Assembly: GCA_964014485.1 (NCBI GenBank)
Contig: CAXHAT010000032.1
Coordinates: 1-50,602, forward strand
Direction: 5' to 3'
Length of the DNA stretch: 50,602 nt
From: an uncultured Deferribacteres bacterium
GTDB taxonomy: Bacteria > Zhuqueibacterota > Zhuqueibacteria > Zhuqueibacterales > Geothermadaptataceae
The translations under genes were made by a program, and so were the position numbers. A model generated the notes under the pieces. The model made no database searches, had not been told where the DNA came from, and was given only the letters and a program-made list of their open reading frames with translations. Below, piece by piece: positions 18,104 through 28,255 of the stretch (position 1 is its first letter; the number at the start of each line of letters is the position of its first letter).

Positions 18104-18127
18104 ATAGTTAACCCAGGTGATATTGAA

Positions 18128-18910
18128 ATGACTCAGTTCCTGAAACCCGCCCTATGGGCGGCCGGAGTTTTAATCGGCGGCGTCATCCTCGTCACGCTCT
18201 GGCGGGAAAATGTGGTCGATGCTCCGGCGATGGCTGGCGCCCCTCAGGTGGATTCCGTGCGTGTAATGACTTCGGATCATCAGAATCTGGCGGCTCGACT
18301 GTTCTTGCCCAGATCAGAGTCCGGGAACCTGCCTGGAGTGGTCTTTCTTGGGCCTTATCTGGAATCGAGTCGGCTGTATGATGATTGCGCCAGGCTATTT
18401 GCTTCACGAGGGCTCGCTGCGCTCGTTGTGGATGTGCGGCATTCGGGTGAATCCGTTCAGACAGATTCGCCGGGAGACGCTCAGCAAGAGTTTGCAAATC
18501 TTGACAATGACGCGACCGCTGCCTTGAATTTTCTCGCTGAACATCCGCGTGTGGACAAACAAGCACTTGGGATATTGGGAAGCGTTATTTCAGGCCGAGC
18601 TGCTGTGATGAGCAGCCGCAACCGCGAAGACGTCCGCGCAATCGCCTTAGTCTCAAGTCTACTGGATGGTGAGGCAAAAGACGCGATAAAGAGCCGGGCT
18701 GATCGACCGATTAACGTCATTGTGAGTATGCAAGACGCCCTCGCCGCAGGGCAAGCTCGCGAAATCTACGATTTGTGCGAGCACCCTGGAAAGCATATCG
18801 AAGTCTACGTCAATGCAGGAGAAGGCGCGACGCTCTGGACACTGCCTTTGCGCGACGAACTGGCGGCAATGCTGGCGGACTGGTTTACAAAACATTTGAC
18901 GACAAATTGA
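18128..18910 (+). CDS. Membrane-anchored alpha/beta-hydrolase-fold protein (dienelactone hydrolase-like), catalytic residues apparently missing
   Basis: N-terminal TM helix; VDVRHSGES, AALNFLAEHPRVD, LGILGSVISG, YVNAGEG. Confidence 0.7.
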   Translation: MTQFLKPALWAAGVLIGGVILVTLWRENVVDAPAMAGAPQVDSVRVMTSDHQNLAARLFLPRSESGNLPGVVFLGPYLESSRLYDDCARLFASRGLAALVVDVRHSGESVQTDSPGDAQQEFANLDNDATAALNFLAEHPRVDKQALGILGSVISGRAAVMSSRNREDVRAIALVSSLLDGEAKDAIKSRADRPINVIVSMQDALAAGQAREIYDLCEHPGKHIEVYVNAGEGATLWTLPLRDELAAMLADWFTKHLTTN

Positions 18911-19088
18911 TTTAGTGTTCGTCTGATAATAACTTCCCGAAGCTCGCTCAGCTTTGCGTCGGATTTGCCCGAAAAAAACTGATGAATGGCTGGTCATTCA
19001 GAAGCTTTTTTCGGACAAAGACGGCGTGAAGATGAGATGAAATCCGGGAAGTTATTATTAGACGAGCCCTTAGTGTTCGGGCAATCAT

Positions 19089-20474
19089 ATGAAAACCTAC
19101 TTCAAATTCCTCGTCTCAGCTTTGTTGTTTTTAGCGTCGATATCTACCGTCTTCGCTCAGACGACCAACAGACCACTTCGACTGTCATTTGATATCGCTC
19201 ATTTTCATGAACAGGTCTCTGCTGATTCCGCCGCACCTCCTGTCCGGCTCGAAATGTATCTGGGGGTTGATCGAGACGGGCTTTTTTATCGTCCGGCGCA
19301 GCATTTAGCCATCGCCTCCTATGCGATTACTGTCACTTTGGAGCGAGAGGACGAAAAGACGGTTGTTTACGAGCTTGCAGAGACCGACACTGTTTCCCGT
19401 GGAGCTCAATCAAAACCCGGGCAGCAGTTCGTCTACGCCTCGGCGCTGTACGGCTTTTCGGGCGACTATAAATTGGAAGCCGAATTGCGGGACTTGAATG
19501 CTTCACGAACAACGCATCAACGGCAGTTTATTCGAGTCCCGCCGCCGTCGGATTCCCTGACCCTGGGCGATATTCAGTTTGCCATGCAGATTGCGAAATC
19601 GACAAATGAACAGGGAATGTTCAACAAAAGCGGATTGCAAGTTATCCCCAATCCGCGCCGTGCTTTTGGAGACGGCCTTGCCAGGCTTTCCGCCTATACA
19701 GAAGTTTACCATCTCCTTTATGATACACAGTCACCAGGGCGCTACAAGGCCAATTATCTCATCCTGGACCAAGCGGGTGAATTGCTCTATCGCATTCCAG
19801 GAAGATGGCGAAACAAAACCAAATCACATGCGGCGCTTTACACTTCGTTCGATTTGGCGGAATTGAAGACCGGGCGCTATCGCTTTGGGGTCGAGGTTAT
19901 CGATGAGCAATCGGGGCGGGAAACGATGGCTTCCGAAGAGTTTACCGTCTTTCGTAAACAGGAAGCGCTCGCGGAAGCCCGAGACAGCGAACGTCGTTTG
20001 TATGCGGACAAAGACCGGGATTGGCTGAAGGCCTATTTCGAGCAAATCAAGTATATTGCTTCGAAAGAAGAACGGGAGATATTTGGTCAGTTAAAACTCA
20101 GTGGGCAAAGAGAATTTATCACTCAGTTCTGGGCGCGCCGTGACCCAAGCAGCGGTACGCCAAAAAACGAATTCAAAGAAGATTATATTTTGCGCCTGGC
20201 CCAGTCAAAAGTCAACTTCTCCATCCGAGGTTCAGATGGCTGGAAAACAGATCGCGGGCGTGTGCTTCTGACGTACGGCGCTCCAGATTTCATTGATAAG
20301 GAACACGCCAATCCTGGAATCAATTCGCATGAGATTTGGCATTATGAGACGTTAGACGGCGGCTCCAAATTCTATTTTGTCGATGTAGCTGAGGACAACA
20401 CGTTTCAGTTGGTTCACTCCACTTATCGGAAGGAACGGCAGAATCAGAACTGGGAAGAATTCCTCTTTAGATAG
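19089..20474 (+). CDS. GWxTD domain-containing protein
   Basis: Signal peptide; FWARRDP..KNEFKEDY; DGWKTDRGRVLLTYGAPD; EIWHY. Confidence 0.88.
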   Translation: MKTYFKFLVSALLFLASISTVFAQTTNRPLRLSFDIAHFHEQVSADSAAPPVRLEMYLGVDRDGLFYRPAQHLAIASYAITVTLEREDEKTVVYELAETDTVSRGAQSKPGQQFVYASALYGFSGDYKLEAELRDLNASRTTHQRQFIRVPPPSDSLTLGDIQFAMQIAKSTNEQGMFNKSGLQVIPNPRRAFGDGLARLSAYTEVYHLLYDTQSPGRYKANYLILDQAGELLYRIPGRWRNKTKSHAALYTSFDLAELKTGRYRFGVEVIDEQSGRETMASEEFTVFRKQEALAEARDSERRLYADKDRDWLKAYFEQIKYIASKEEREIFGQLKLSGQREFITQFWARRDPSSGTPKNEFKEDYILRLAQSKVNFSIRGSDGWKTDRGRVLLTYGAPDFIDKEHANPGINSHEIWHYETLDGGSKFYFVDVAEDNTFQLVHSTYRKERQNQNWEEFLFR

Positions 20475-20527
20475 CGGGTTAAGTACGTGTACAATAAAAT
20501 CTATCGTTTTTGAACTGTTGTTTTTAT

Positions 20528-20672
20528 CCTGAATAATTCACAAGCGTCATTCTCGCGCAGGCGCACGCACGATAAAGACGATTTGAGTTATCCACAACCT
20601 TTTGATCGCGCCTGCACGGGTATGACATTTCTGGAGTTTGGGCGTAAATTGATGGTTTGTGAATTATCCAGG
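20528..20672. mobile_element. MITE-like element (145 bp) with IS1380-like ends and a GTCATTCCCGC-type repeat doublet core
   Basis: CCTGAATAATTCACAA (20528-20543) / TTGTGAATTATCCAGG (20657-20672) match 15/16; flanks TTAT/TTAA; inner pair 20546-20564 / 20608-20626 matches 16/19. Confidence 0.65.
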
Positions 20673-20703
20673 TTAATCGATGACTCGTAAAAGATTGGAG
20701 TGA

Positions 20704-22896
20704 ATGAAATTGAAACAACAAAAATTTAACCATGTCGACTATCTTTGGGATGAGGAGGCCGCGGCAAAACTAGATTTAGTGGAAAGACTGGTTTACCGTT
20801 CTAACATACTCGGCCAGGATCAGCGTATCACCAACACGGGGGGCGGCAATACTTCTTCGAAACTGGAGATGCAGGAACCGCTGTCGAGTGAAAAAGCGGA
20901 GATTCTTTGGGTGAAAGGCTCGGGCGGGGATCTGCGTACTTCGAAAAAAGAGAACTTTGCCTCGCTCTATCAGGAAAGCTTGATCGCTCTGCAAAAATTC
21001 TATGATGCAGCGGACGAAAAAGGGGTCAAGACGGAAATAGAAGACGAGATGGTCTCGATGTATCCGCACACGACCTATAATTTGAACCCGAGAGCCAGCT
21101 CAATCGATACGCCGCTCCATGCGTTTATTCCGTTTAAGCACGTGGATCATATGCATCCGAATTCCGTCATTGCCATTGCCGCCGCCCGAAATTCAAGAGA
21201 ACTGACGGAAAAAGTCTTCGATGGGGAAATCGGCTGGGTCAAGTGGCAACGCCCCGGTTTTGACCTCGGGCTTGTCATGGGAGAAGAGTGTAAGAAAAAT
21301 CCTGCGCTTAAAGGTCTCGTGATGGGACAGCACGGTCTGATTAACTGGGCCGATGACGACAAAGCGTGCTACGATTTGACGATCGCGCTCATCGAAAAAG
21401 CGGCGGAGTACATCGCGTCTCGTGATAAGGGAGACAAAACTTTTGGCGGCCAGAAGTTCGACGCGCTCTCAGCAGAGCAGCGGGATGCTGTGCTGTTTGA
21501 AATTCTGCCGAAGCTGCGCGGCATGGTTTCGCAGCAAAACAAATTTATCGGCACGGTACAATGCGATGAATCCATTCTTCGCTTTGTGAATAGTCACGAC
21601 GCACCGCGGCTTGCTGAACTGGGAACGTCCTGCCCCGACCATTTTCTGCGCACCAAAATCAAGCCGCTCTATGTTGAATGGAATCCACAAAAAGAAGATG
21701 CTGCCGCCCTGCTGGAAAAACTCAGTGCGGGTTTGGCGCAATACCGCGGGGACTACGCAGCTTACTACGATGCGTGCAAACGTCTGGATTCTCCGCCAAT
21801 GCGCGACCCGAATCCGACGGTCATTCTGATTCCGGGAATCGGCATGATCGCCTGGGGTAAAAATAAGAGCGAATCGCGTGTGACCGCCGAGTTCTACAAT
21901 TGCGCGGTAGAAGTCATGCGTGGCGCGGAAGCCATCGACGAATACATAGCTCTTCCGCGTCAGGAGGCTTTTGATATCGAGTACTGGGCGCTGGAAGAAG
22001 CTAAATTGCGCCGGATGCCCCCTGAGAAGGAATTCGCCCGTGATATTGTTGTTGTTGTCGGCGCCGGCAGTGGCATTGGCAAGGCCGCGGCGCATCGGGT
22101 TGCCAAAGAAGGCGCCCAGGTCGTTTGCGCCGACCTTGATCTTGCAGCCGCGCAAAGAACGGCAGCAGAATTGACACAAGTTTACGGCCAGGGGATCGGT
22201 GTGGCCGGAAGCGGAATTTCAGCGTGCGGTCCTGCGATTGCCCTCGCTGTCGACGTCACTCGACGCGAGAGCATTCGCAGGATGTTCGAACAGATTCTCC
22301 TGGCCTATGGCGGTATTGACCGGGTTATCCTGACAGCTGGGATTTTTGTGCCGCCGGACAGATCAGGCGCCATCCCGGACAAAAAATGGGGTCTGACTTT
22401 TGACGTCAACGTCACCGGTGCGTATCTGATAGCAGATGAAGCAAAGGAGATCTGGCGGGCGCAGGGCTTGAAAGGCAGTCTGGTATTGACGACGAGTGTG
22501 AACGGTCTCGTCTCGAAAAAGGGCTCGCTGGCATACGACACGAGTAAAGCCGCCGCCAATCATCTGGTGCGTGAACTGGCGATAGAACTGTCGCCGTTGG
22601 TGCGTGTCAATGGACTTGCTCCTGCCACTGTTGTGGAAGGCAGCAGCATGTTTCCCCGCGATCGCGTCATCAGCTCATTGACGAAATACGAAATCCCGTT
22701 CTCGGAAGAGGAAGGAACGGAAGAATTGCGTGCCAAACTTGCTGATTTTTATGCGCAACGGACACTCACAAAGACCCCAATTGCGCTTGAGGACCAGGCC
22801 GAAGCAGCCTATCTCCTCGCCAGCGACAGACTCGGCAAGACGACTGGGCAAATGCTTCCGGTAGACGGTGGATTACATGAGGCGTTCGTAAGATAA
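20704..22896 (+). CDS. rhaEW: Bifunctional rhamnulose-1-phosphate aldolase / short-chain dehydrogenase
   Basis: YRSNILG..TNTGGGNTSSK, VKGSGGDL, SIDTPLH..VDHMHP, GTSCPDHFLRTK, FDIEYWALEEAKL, followed by an SDR domain (GAGSGIG, YDTSK). Confidence 0.92.
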   Translation: MKLKQQKFNHVDYLWDEEAAAKLDLVERLVYRSNILGQDQRITNTGGGNTSSKLEMQEPLSSEKAEILWVKGSGGDLRTSKKENFASLYQESLIALQKFYDAADEKGVKTEIEDEMVSMYPHTTYNLNPRASSIDTPLHAFIPFKHVDHMHPNSVIAIAAARNSRELTEKVFDGEIGWVKWQRPGFDLGLVMGEECKKNPALKGLVMGQHGLINWADDDKACYDLTIALIEKAAEYIASRDKGDKTFGGQKFDALSAEQRDAVLFEILPKLRGMVSQQNKFIGTVQCDESILRFVNSHDAPRLAELGTSCPDHFLRTKIKPLYVEWNPQKEDAAALLEKLSAGLAQYRGDYAAYYDACKRLDSPPMRDPNPTVILIPGIGMIAWGKNKSESRVTAEFYNCAVEVMRGAEAIDEYIALPRQEAFDIEYWALEEAKLRRMPPEKEFARDIVVVVGAGSGIGKAAAHRVAKEGAQVVCADLDLAAAQRTAAELTQVYGQGIGVAGSGISACGPAIALAVDVTRRESIRRMFEQILLAYGGIDRVILTAGIFVPPDRSGAIPDKKWGLTFDVNVTGAYLIADEAKEIWRAQGLKGSLVLTTSVNGLVSKKGSLAYDTSKAAANHLVRELAIELSPLVRVNGLAPATVVEGSSMFPRDRVISSLTKYEIPFSEEEGTEELRAKLADFYAQRTLTKTPIALEDQAEAAYLLASDRLGKTTGQMLPVDGGLHEAFVR

Positions 22897-23042
22897 ACAA
22901 GCTTCCTGGCCGGAGTGAAAATGCCGAACAGAGGGCGGGTGCTCAATTGGCTGAAACGCAGGTTGCACTCTAGACCTGTCTCTACAAATTAGAACGCCGT
23001 CGCCTTGGTTGTGCTTTTGATGCGCCAACACCATCGCTGACT

Positions 23043-23270
23043 CTAGCTGATGAAGTAAAAAATAAAGCGGGGGATGAACCCGTGTTCTCGATGCTGGAGA
23101 TCAAGTTGGCGCTTAGCGCGGATATTCTCAGCCAGCCAGGACTTGACGATTTTCCTTTCGATCTTTTGACAAGTACAAATTGAGGAATTCGTATTCGCGT
23201 GTTCCTTTGTTGTAAAATCCAGAAACAGGCTTATCTTGCCGCTCTTGAGTTTTCGGAGTTTGACGCTCAT
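23043..23270 (-). pseudogene. Truncated, frameshifted N-terminal (arm-binding) fragment of a tyrosine integrase
   Basis: MSVKLRKLKSGKISLFLDF; a shifted frame then reads YNKGTREYEFLNLYLSKDRKENRQVL; back in frame LAENIRAKRQLDLQHREHGFIP; no catalytic domain follows. Confidence 0.75.
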
Positions 23271-23479
23271 GATAGATGCTCGTTTGTTACTCGATGCTTC
23301 TATGCCAGAAACGTAACAAACGAATCACAAAAAACAACAGGGATTCTCAAAAGAACGAAGAACATTGAAAGAAAAGAACAGGACGATGAGTCTATCTCAA
23401 TAAGAAACAGTCTACATTGTTGTTCTTACTTTCTCATAGCTTATAATAAAGGATTTTCCTTCAATCCAATATGCCGGTT

Positions 23480-24142
23480 TTAGTAAATCACATGAATCCG
23501 CTTTGAGAAAATCTTGAAAGCTCTCAGCAGATCGTAACGTTGAAAACCAGCCTTTTCCATTTCGGACTGAGAAGTGAATTGAGCAAGCAGCTTGCTTACA
23601 ATAATCCTGCTGAATCCTCGCTTGTGAAAAGCGTTTGCCGCAGAAACAAGCAGATATTTTGAAAACCCTCTCCCTCTAAATTCCGGCAGAATAGTCAAGC
23701 CATACAGATAGACTTCTCCCGGCTTAACGTTCACCCAAACGCCAGTGTCCGGCGAAAGCATCGGTTTAAAGCCCGCATGGATGTAGCCGACTTCTTTCCT
23801 TCCGATATAGATCGTCGTCAAAGTTTCGCCCGGATGCAATTCGGCAAGCGACGCCAGTTCTCCGGGAACGGCGACTGAGCCGTCGAAAGTTTTTGCGTGA
23901 AGTGCAGGTAAATCCGGCAAATCCGGCAGGCGGTTGGCGTCATCACAGTCGTAGAATTCGACGACCTTGTATGAAAATATCGGCTTGAAAACCGCTTGAA
24001 CCGCAGCAGTGAGCTTTTCAAGAACTGGGGGCGAACCGGCAGCTCTTGGATTGCGCACTTTTTGTTTCGCCCAATTTATTGCCGGCGTTTTTTGCGCGGC
24101 GCCTAAAAAAGTTTCTCGTTTAACTGCTTTTGTCGCTTCCAT
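23480..24142 (-). CDS. GNAT family N-acetyltransferase
   Basis: EVYLYGLTILPEFRGRGFS acetyl-CoA motif; EKAGF. Confidence 0.75.
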   Translation of the reverse strand: MEATKAVKRETFLGAAQKTPAINWAKQKVRNPRAAGSPPVLEKLTAAVQAVFKPIFSYKVVEFYDCDDANRLPDLPDLPALHAKTFDGSVAVPGELASLAELHPGETLTTIYIGRKEVGYIHAGFKPMLSPDTGVWVNVKPGEVYLYGLTILPEFRGRGFSKYLLVSAANAFHKRGFSRIIVSKLLAQFTSQSEMEKAGFQRYDLLRAFKIFSKRIHVIY

Positions 24143-24234
24143 GATATACTCGCCTGATTTCCTTAAGAATCTAGCTTTTGCTGAACTTCTGTGATATGAT
24201 GAATTGGTCGTTTAGGAAAGTGTTTTATAAACTT

Positions 24235-24250
24235 TCAATTTCCATGCCAA
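24235..24250 (-). promoter_or_regulatory. Possible sigma54 (-24/-12) promoter for the GNAT gene
   Basis: Minus strand TTGGCATGGAAATTGA; spacing is correct but the -12 box is TTGA rather than TTGC. Confidence 0.3.
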
Positions 24251-24629
24251 GCTTGCTCTGCTTCTACGGTGTTAAAAAACAAAGTTTTGTCAAATCTGGA
24301 TAAAATTCGTTATATAAAGAAGTGGTCGATTATTGACCGCACTGTATCGAAACGAGACGGTTTCAAATTTTTGAATAGACGAAGCGGCGAACCTTGCGTT
24401 TAACAAGTGTGTCGAATGCAATGCTTTTCGACAAGCGTCATTGAAAAGGCGCCAGGAGACGAACGCGCCGAGATTTCGCAAGTAGTCCAGCTTCAACTTC
24501 GCGGCTCGACTCGCGCCAAAGGTCATGTGTCGCATTATACATCCAGACATGCGCTTAACATGAGTTAATTTACGCTGAACGATAGCAAAGATTTTACTCC
24601 GTCGTCTACCACCAAAACCGGATTACATT

Positions 24630-25655
24630 TTGAAACCAAAAACAAAAATTTACCTTCGTTGGGCTTTGCAGCTCTCCTTTCTCTTTCTAACATTGATTCA
24701 TTTTTTGAGCTGTGAATCAAATTTCCAGTTCGAAGTTCCTGACAATGAAGGCATGCGCTGGTTCAAAGGGAACACGCACGCGCACACGACGAACAGCGAC
24801 GGCGATTCGCCGCCGGAATATGTGGCGCAATGGTACAAAGATCACGGCTATCAATTTCTTGTCCTTTCCGACCATAATTTCTTCACCGACCCTGCTGCGT
24901 TCGTTTCGCTTGTCGATTCGAGCTTTCTCTTGATCGCCGGAGAAGAAGTGACCTCGGAATTTGAGAAGAAACCAGTTCATGTCAACGGCCTCAATTTGCC
25001 GGGCCTGGTCGAGCCGCAATCTGACAGCACGCTGGTCGGCACGATTCAAAAAAACGTCGATGCGATTCGCGCCGTGGAAGGCGCGCCGCACATCAACCAC
25101 CCGAATTTCCGCTGGGCTTTTCATCAGCGAGAGCTTTCTCAAGTTCAAAACTACAATTTGTTGGAAATCTACAATGGTCATCCGATGGTGCACAATTTCG
25201 GCGGCGGCGAGTGGCCGGGGATGGAGCAAGTTTGGGATCATCTACTTTCAGCGGGACAAAAAGTCTACGGGATTGCCGTTGATGACGCGCACAATTTTCA
25301 GACGGAGTTTTCAAAGGACGATTCCAATCCGGGGCGCGGCTGGGTCGTCGTGAAAGCGAATTCTCTGGACGCTTCAGAGATTATCGCCAACCTTGAAAAG
25401 GGGTGGTTTTACGCCAGTACCGGCGTAGTTCTGGAAGAGATCAAGATTCAGCCCAAAGCGTTGGAAATCCGAATTTTTGAAGACGGAGACTTTAAATACC
25501 AAACGGAATTCATTGGCGAGGGCGGGGAGATTTTGGCGAGAAGCGCGGAAAATCCGGCGATCTTTGAATTGCGCCGAAGAGAAAAATATGTCCGAGCGAA
25601 AATCATGGATTCCGGCGGTTCAGTCGCCTGGGTGCAACCCGTGTTTGTGCGGTAG
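24630..25655 (+). CDS. PHP-domain (CehA/McbA-like) metallohydrolase, probable lipoprotein
   Basis: WFKGNTHAHT..SDG, LSDHN, INHP, EIYNGH, VDDAH; FLSC lipobox; TTG start. Confidence 0.85.
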   Translation: MKPKTKIYLRWALQLSFLFLTLIHFLSCESNFQFEVPDNEGMRWFKGNTHAHTTNSDGDSPPEYVAQWYKDHGYQFLVLSDHNFFTDPAAFVSLVDSSFLLIAGEEVTSEFEKKPVHVNGLNLPGLVEPQSDSTLVGTIQKNVDAIRAVEGAPHINHPNFRWAFHQRELSQVQNYNLLEIYNGHPMVHNFGGGEWPGMEQVWDHLLSAGQKVYGIAVDDAHNFQTEFSKDDSNPGRGWVVVKANSLDASEIIANLEKGWFYASTGVVLEEIKIQPKALEIRIFEDGDFKYQTEFIGEGGEILARSAENPAIFELRRREKYVRAKIMDSGGSVAWVQPVFVR

Positions 25656-25657
25656 CC

Positions 25658-26671
25658 TTACGAGATATTTGTGGTTTCGATCATACGCGCTCGCAGCAAT
25701 TCAAAAAATTCCAAAATTGCATAGTCCATCCAACGCCGATTGCCGAGCGGCGTTTTATTCTGGCTGAGAAATCCCAAATGCCCGCCGCCGCGCGTCAAAA
25801 TGACTTTGACGGCGGGGTTTTCCGGCAGCCCCTGATAAATCGTTCCAGGAATAAACGGGTCGTCGTCGCTGGCGAGAACGAGCGTCGGCGTTGCAATTCC
25901 CGCCCAGAACTGCCTGGCGTTGCATTTTTCGTAATAATCTTCGGCGGAAAAAAAGCCGTTCAACGGCGCAACGACGTGCTCGTCGAAATCATACAATCGC
26001 GGGAAGCGAGGAACATTCACTTTGGGGAAATCCGGGAAGTCCGTTTGCCGTTCGCGCAGGGCCTTCATTAATTTTCTGGAAAAGCGTTTGTCATAAATGC
26101 GATTTTTTCGTTCACGCAGTTTTTGGGAACAGGTCGAAAGATCAATTGGCGCGCACACGGAAACGGCTCCTGCTAATTGCGCCGGAATGGGCTGTTTCTT
26201 CTCCCCCAACAATTTCAACAACATGTTGCCGCTTAAGGAAAAGCCAACAGCAAAAAACGATTCTCCGGAAAATTCTCGCGCAACAAATTGTGAAATCGCG
26301 CTAACGTCTTCGCTGCGCCCGGAATGATAAAGGTTTTTTGCCAGACCTCGCCCTTCTCCTGCGCCGCGATGATTCACACAAAGAACCCGCCAATTTTTCG
26401 CCAAAAACATCGCGGCAACGCGCTGAATGTAGCTCGAATCGGCGTCTCCGCTCAAGCCGTGCAAAAGAACGACGTTTCCGACGGGATTTACCGGATTGTA
26501 ATCACGCAGCAAGAGAACGTCGCCGTCGTTAAGAACAATTTGATGACGCTTACACGGCGAATTGGTTTTTGCATTAAAAAAGTAATAGGAAAGAATGGTT
26601 TGCAGATTACCCGTCGGCGCGAATCGCGCGGGCGAAAAAGCAGGCGTTACGTCAAATTGCACTTTGTTCAT
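25658..26671 (-). CDS. YheT-family alpha/beta hydrolase
   Basis: GNLQTI, LHGLSG, YHSGRSED, GFSLSG (Ser), DDPF (Asp), GGHLGF (His). Confidence 0.88.
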   Translation of the reverse strand: MNKVQFDVTPAFSPARFAPTGNLQTILSYYFFNAKTNSPCKRHQIVLNDGDVLLLRDYNPVNPVGNVVLLHGLSGDADSSYIQRVAAMFLAKNWRVLCVNHRGAGEGRGLAKNLYHSGRSEDVSAISQFVAREFSGESFFAVGFSLSGNMLLKLLGEKKQPIPAQLAGAVSVCAPIDLSTCSQKLRERKNRIYDKRFSRKLMKALRERQTDFPDFPKVNVPRFPRLYDFDEHVVAPLNGFFSAEDYYEKCNARQFWAGIATPTLVLASDDDPFIPGTIYQGLPENPAVKVILTRGGGHLGFLSQNKTPLGNRRWMDYAILEFFELLRARMIETTNIS

Positions 26672-26850
26672 TAAATGGCTTCAGATGAGATTATGGACGA
26701 TCGACGGCGTTCTTCCGATCAATGCTGTTTTGAATATGGAGGATGTTTGCCTATTTTTTGCGTATTGTTCTTACTCGCAGTATCAAAGAAAAATTCACGA
26801 TTTATACAAAGCAAAATTTCCAGATTGCAACTTTAAGGCGCTTGTAAATA

Positions 26851-27339
26851 ATGTCTGTTCGTTCTTCTTCTCAAAAAACCCCTGAGATTGTGGTAGGCTG
26901 GCGAGAATGGGTAAGTTTGCCGGAGTTAGGAATTCCAGCGCTTAAGGCCAAGATTGACACCGGAGCACGAACGTCAGCGCTCCATGCTTTTGAGCTTGAA
27001 GCGTTTCGCCAAAACGGTGTTGAGTACGTACGTTTCAGCCTGCATCCGCTTCGAAAAAGGCAAAATTTGGTTTTTACGTGCGTTGCGCCGGTGAAAGACA
27101 AAAGAACCGTCACAGATTCCGGCGGGCATAAAGAGTCGAGGTATGTGATCGAAACGCCGGTTCATCTTGGAAACGAAGAATGGCCGATTGAAATGACGCT
27201 CACAAGCCGTGATTCAATGCTGTTTCGCATGCTTCTCGGGCGCACGGCGATGCAAGACAGAATCGTCGTCGATCCCGGCGCTTCATACTTGACTGGCCGT
27301 GCACTCGCGAAAACGTATCAAACAAAGAAAGAAAAATGA
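26851..27339 (+). CDS. RimK-associated putative ATP-dependent zinc protease / retropepsin-like protein
   Basis: [29 protein letters not shown]; directly upstream of rimK. Confidence 0.88.
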   Translation: MSVRSSSQKTPEIVVGWREWVSLPELGIPALKAKIDTGARTSALHAFELEAFRQNGVEYVRFSLHPLRKRQNLVFTCVAPVKDKRTVTDSGGHKESRYVIETPVHLGNEEWPIEMTLTSRDSMLFRMLLGRTAMQDRIVVDPGASYLTGRALAKTYQTKKEK

Positions 27340-27349
27340 GGAGGCGTTT

Positions 27350-28255
27350 ATGAAAATCGGGGTTTTGTCTCGCAGGCCGTCACTCTATTCAACAAGACGA
27401 CTTGTCGAAGCGGCGGAAGAGCGCGGACACCAGGTTCGGGTGATTGATACGCTCAAATGTTATATGGACATCACGTCACACCGGCCGTCGATACACTATA
27501 TGGGTGAAAAGCTTGAAGGCTATGACGCCGTTATCCCTCGCATCGGCGCTTCTATCACGTTTTATGGCACCGCCGTTGTCAGACAATTTGAAATGATGGG
27601 CGTTTACACCGTAAACGAATCCGTCGCGATCAGCAGGTCGCGCGACAAACTTCGCAGCCTGCAGCTTCTTGCACGCAGAGGCATTGGTCTTCCAGTGACA
27701 GGCTTCGCCCACGCGACGCAGTACACCGAAGACTTGATCAAGTTGGTTGGCGGGGCGCCGCTGGTGGTTAAGCTTCTGGAAGGCACGCAAGGCGTGGGCG
27801 TTGTTCTTGCGGAAACGACGCAAGCGGCGGAAAGCGTTATCGAAGCCTTTCGGGGCTTAAAGGCGAACATACTTGTGCAAGAGTTTATCAAGGAAGCGGG
27901 CGGCGCCGACCTGCGGTGTTTTGTCGTTGGCGGAAAAGTCGTCGCGGTTATGAAGCGGCAAGGCAAAGAAGGCGAGTTTCGTTCAAATCTGCATCGCGGC
28001 GGCACGGCGAAACTCGTCAAGATTACACCGGAAGAACGGAGCACGGCTGTACGGGCGGCTAAGATTATGGGACTCAACGTCGCCGGCGTCGATTTGCTGC
28101 GCTCAAATCACGGACCCGTGATTATGGAAGTTAATTCCTCGCCCGGACTCGAAGGCATTGAAACGGCAACGAAAAAAGACGTTGCAGGGATGATCACCGA
28201 GTTTATTGAAAAAAACGCCAAGACAGGACGAAACCGAACCAGGGGAACCGGCTGA
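27350..28255 (+). CDS. rimK: Ribosomal protein S6--L-glutamate ligase
   Basis: [66 protein letters not shown] before ATG 27350. Confidence 0.96.
   Translation: MKIGVLSRRPSLYSTRRLVEAAEERGHQVRVIDTLKCYMDITSHRPSIHYMGEKLEGYDAVIPRIGASITFYGTAVVRQFEMMGVYTVNESVAISRSRDKLRSLQLLARRGIGLPVTGFAHATQYTEDLIKLVGGAPLVVKLLEGTQGVGVVLAETTQAAESVIEAFRGLKANILVQEFIKEAGGADLRCFVVGGKVVAVMKRQGKEGEFRSNLHRGGTAKLVKITPEERSTAVRAAKIMGLNVAGVDLLRSNHGPVIMEVNSSPGLEGIETATKKDVAGMITEFIEKNAKTGRNRTRGTG

Noticed and set aside
20588..20596. DnaA box as a sign of oriC
   Set aside because: Only one perfect box, the near-matches are the element's TIRs, and no dnaA/dnaN or AT-rich unwinding element is nearby
22959..22990. Half REP-like sequence (GTAGAGACAGGTC on the minus strand)
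   Set aside because: Too degenerate to call as a feature
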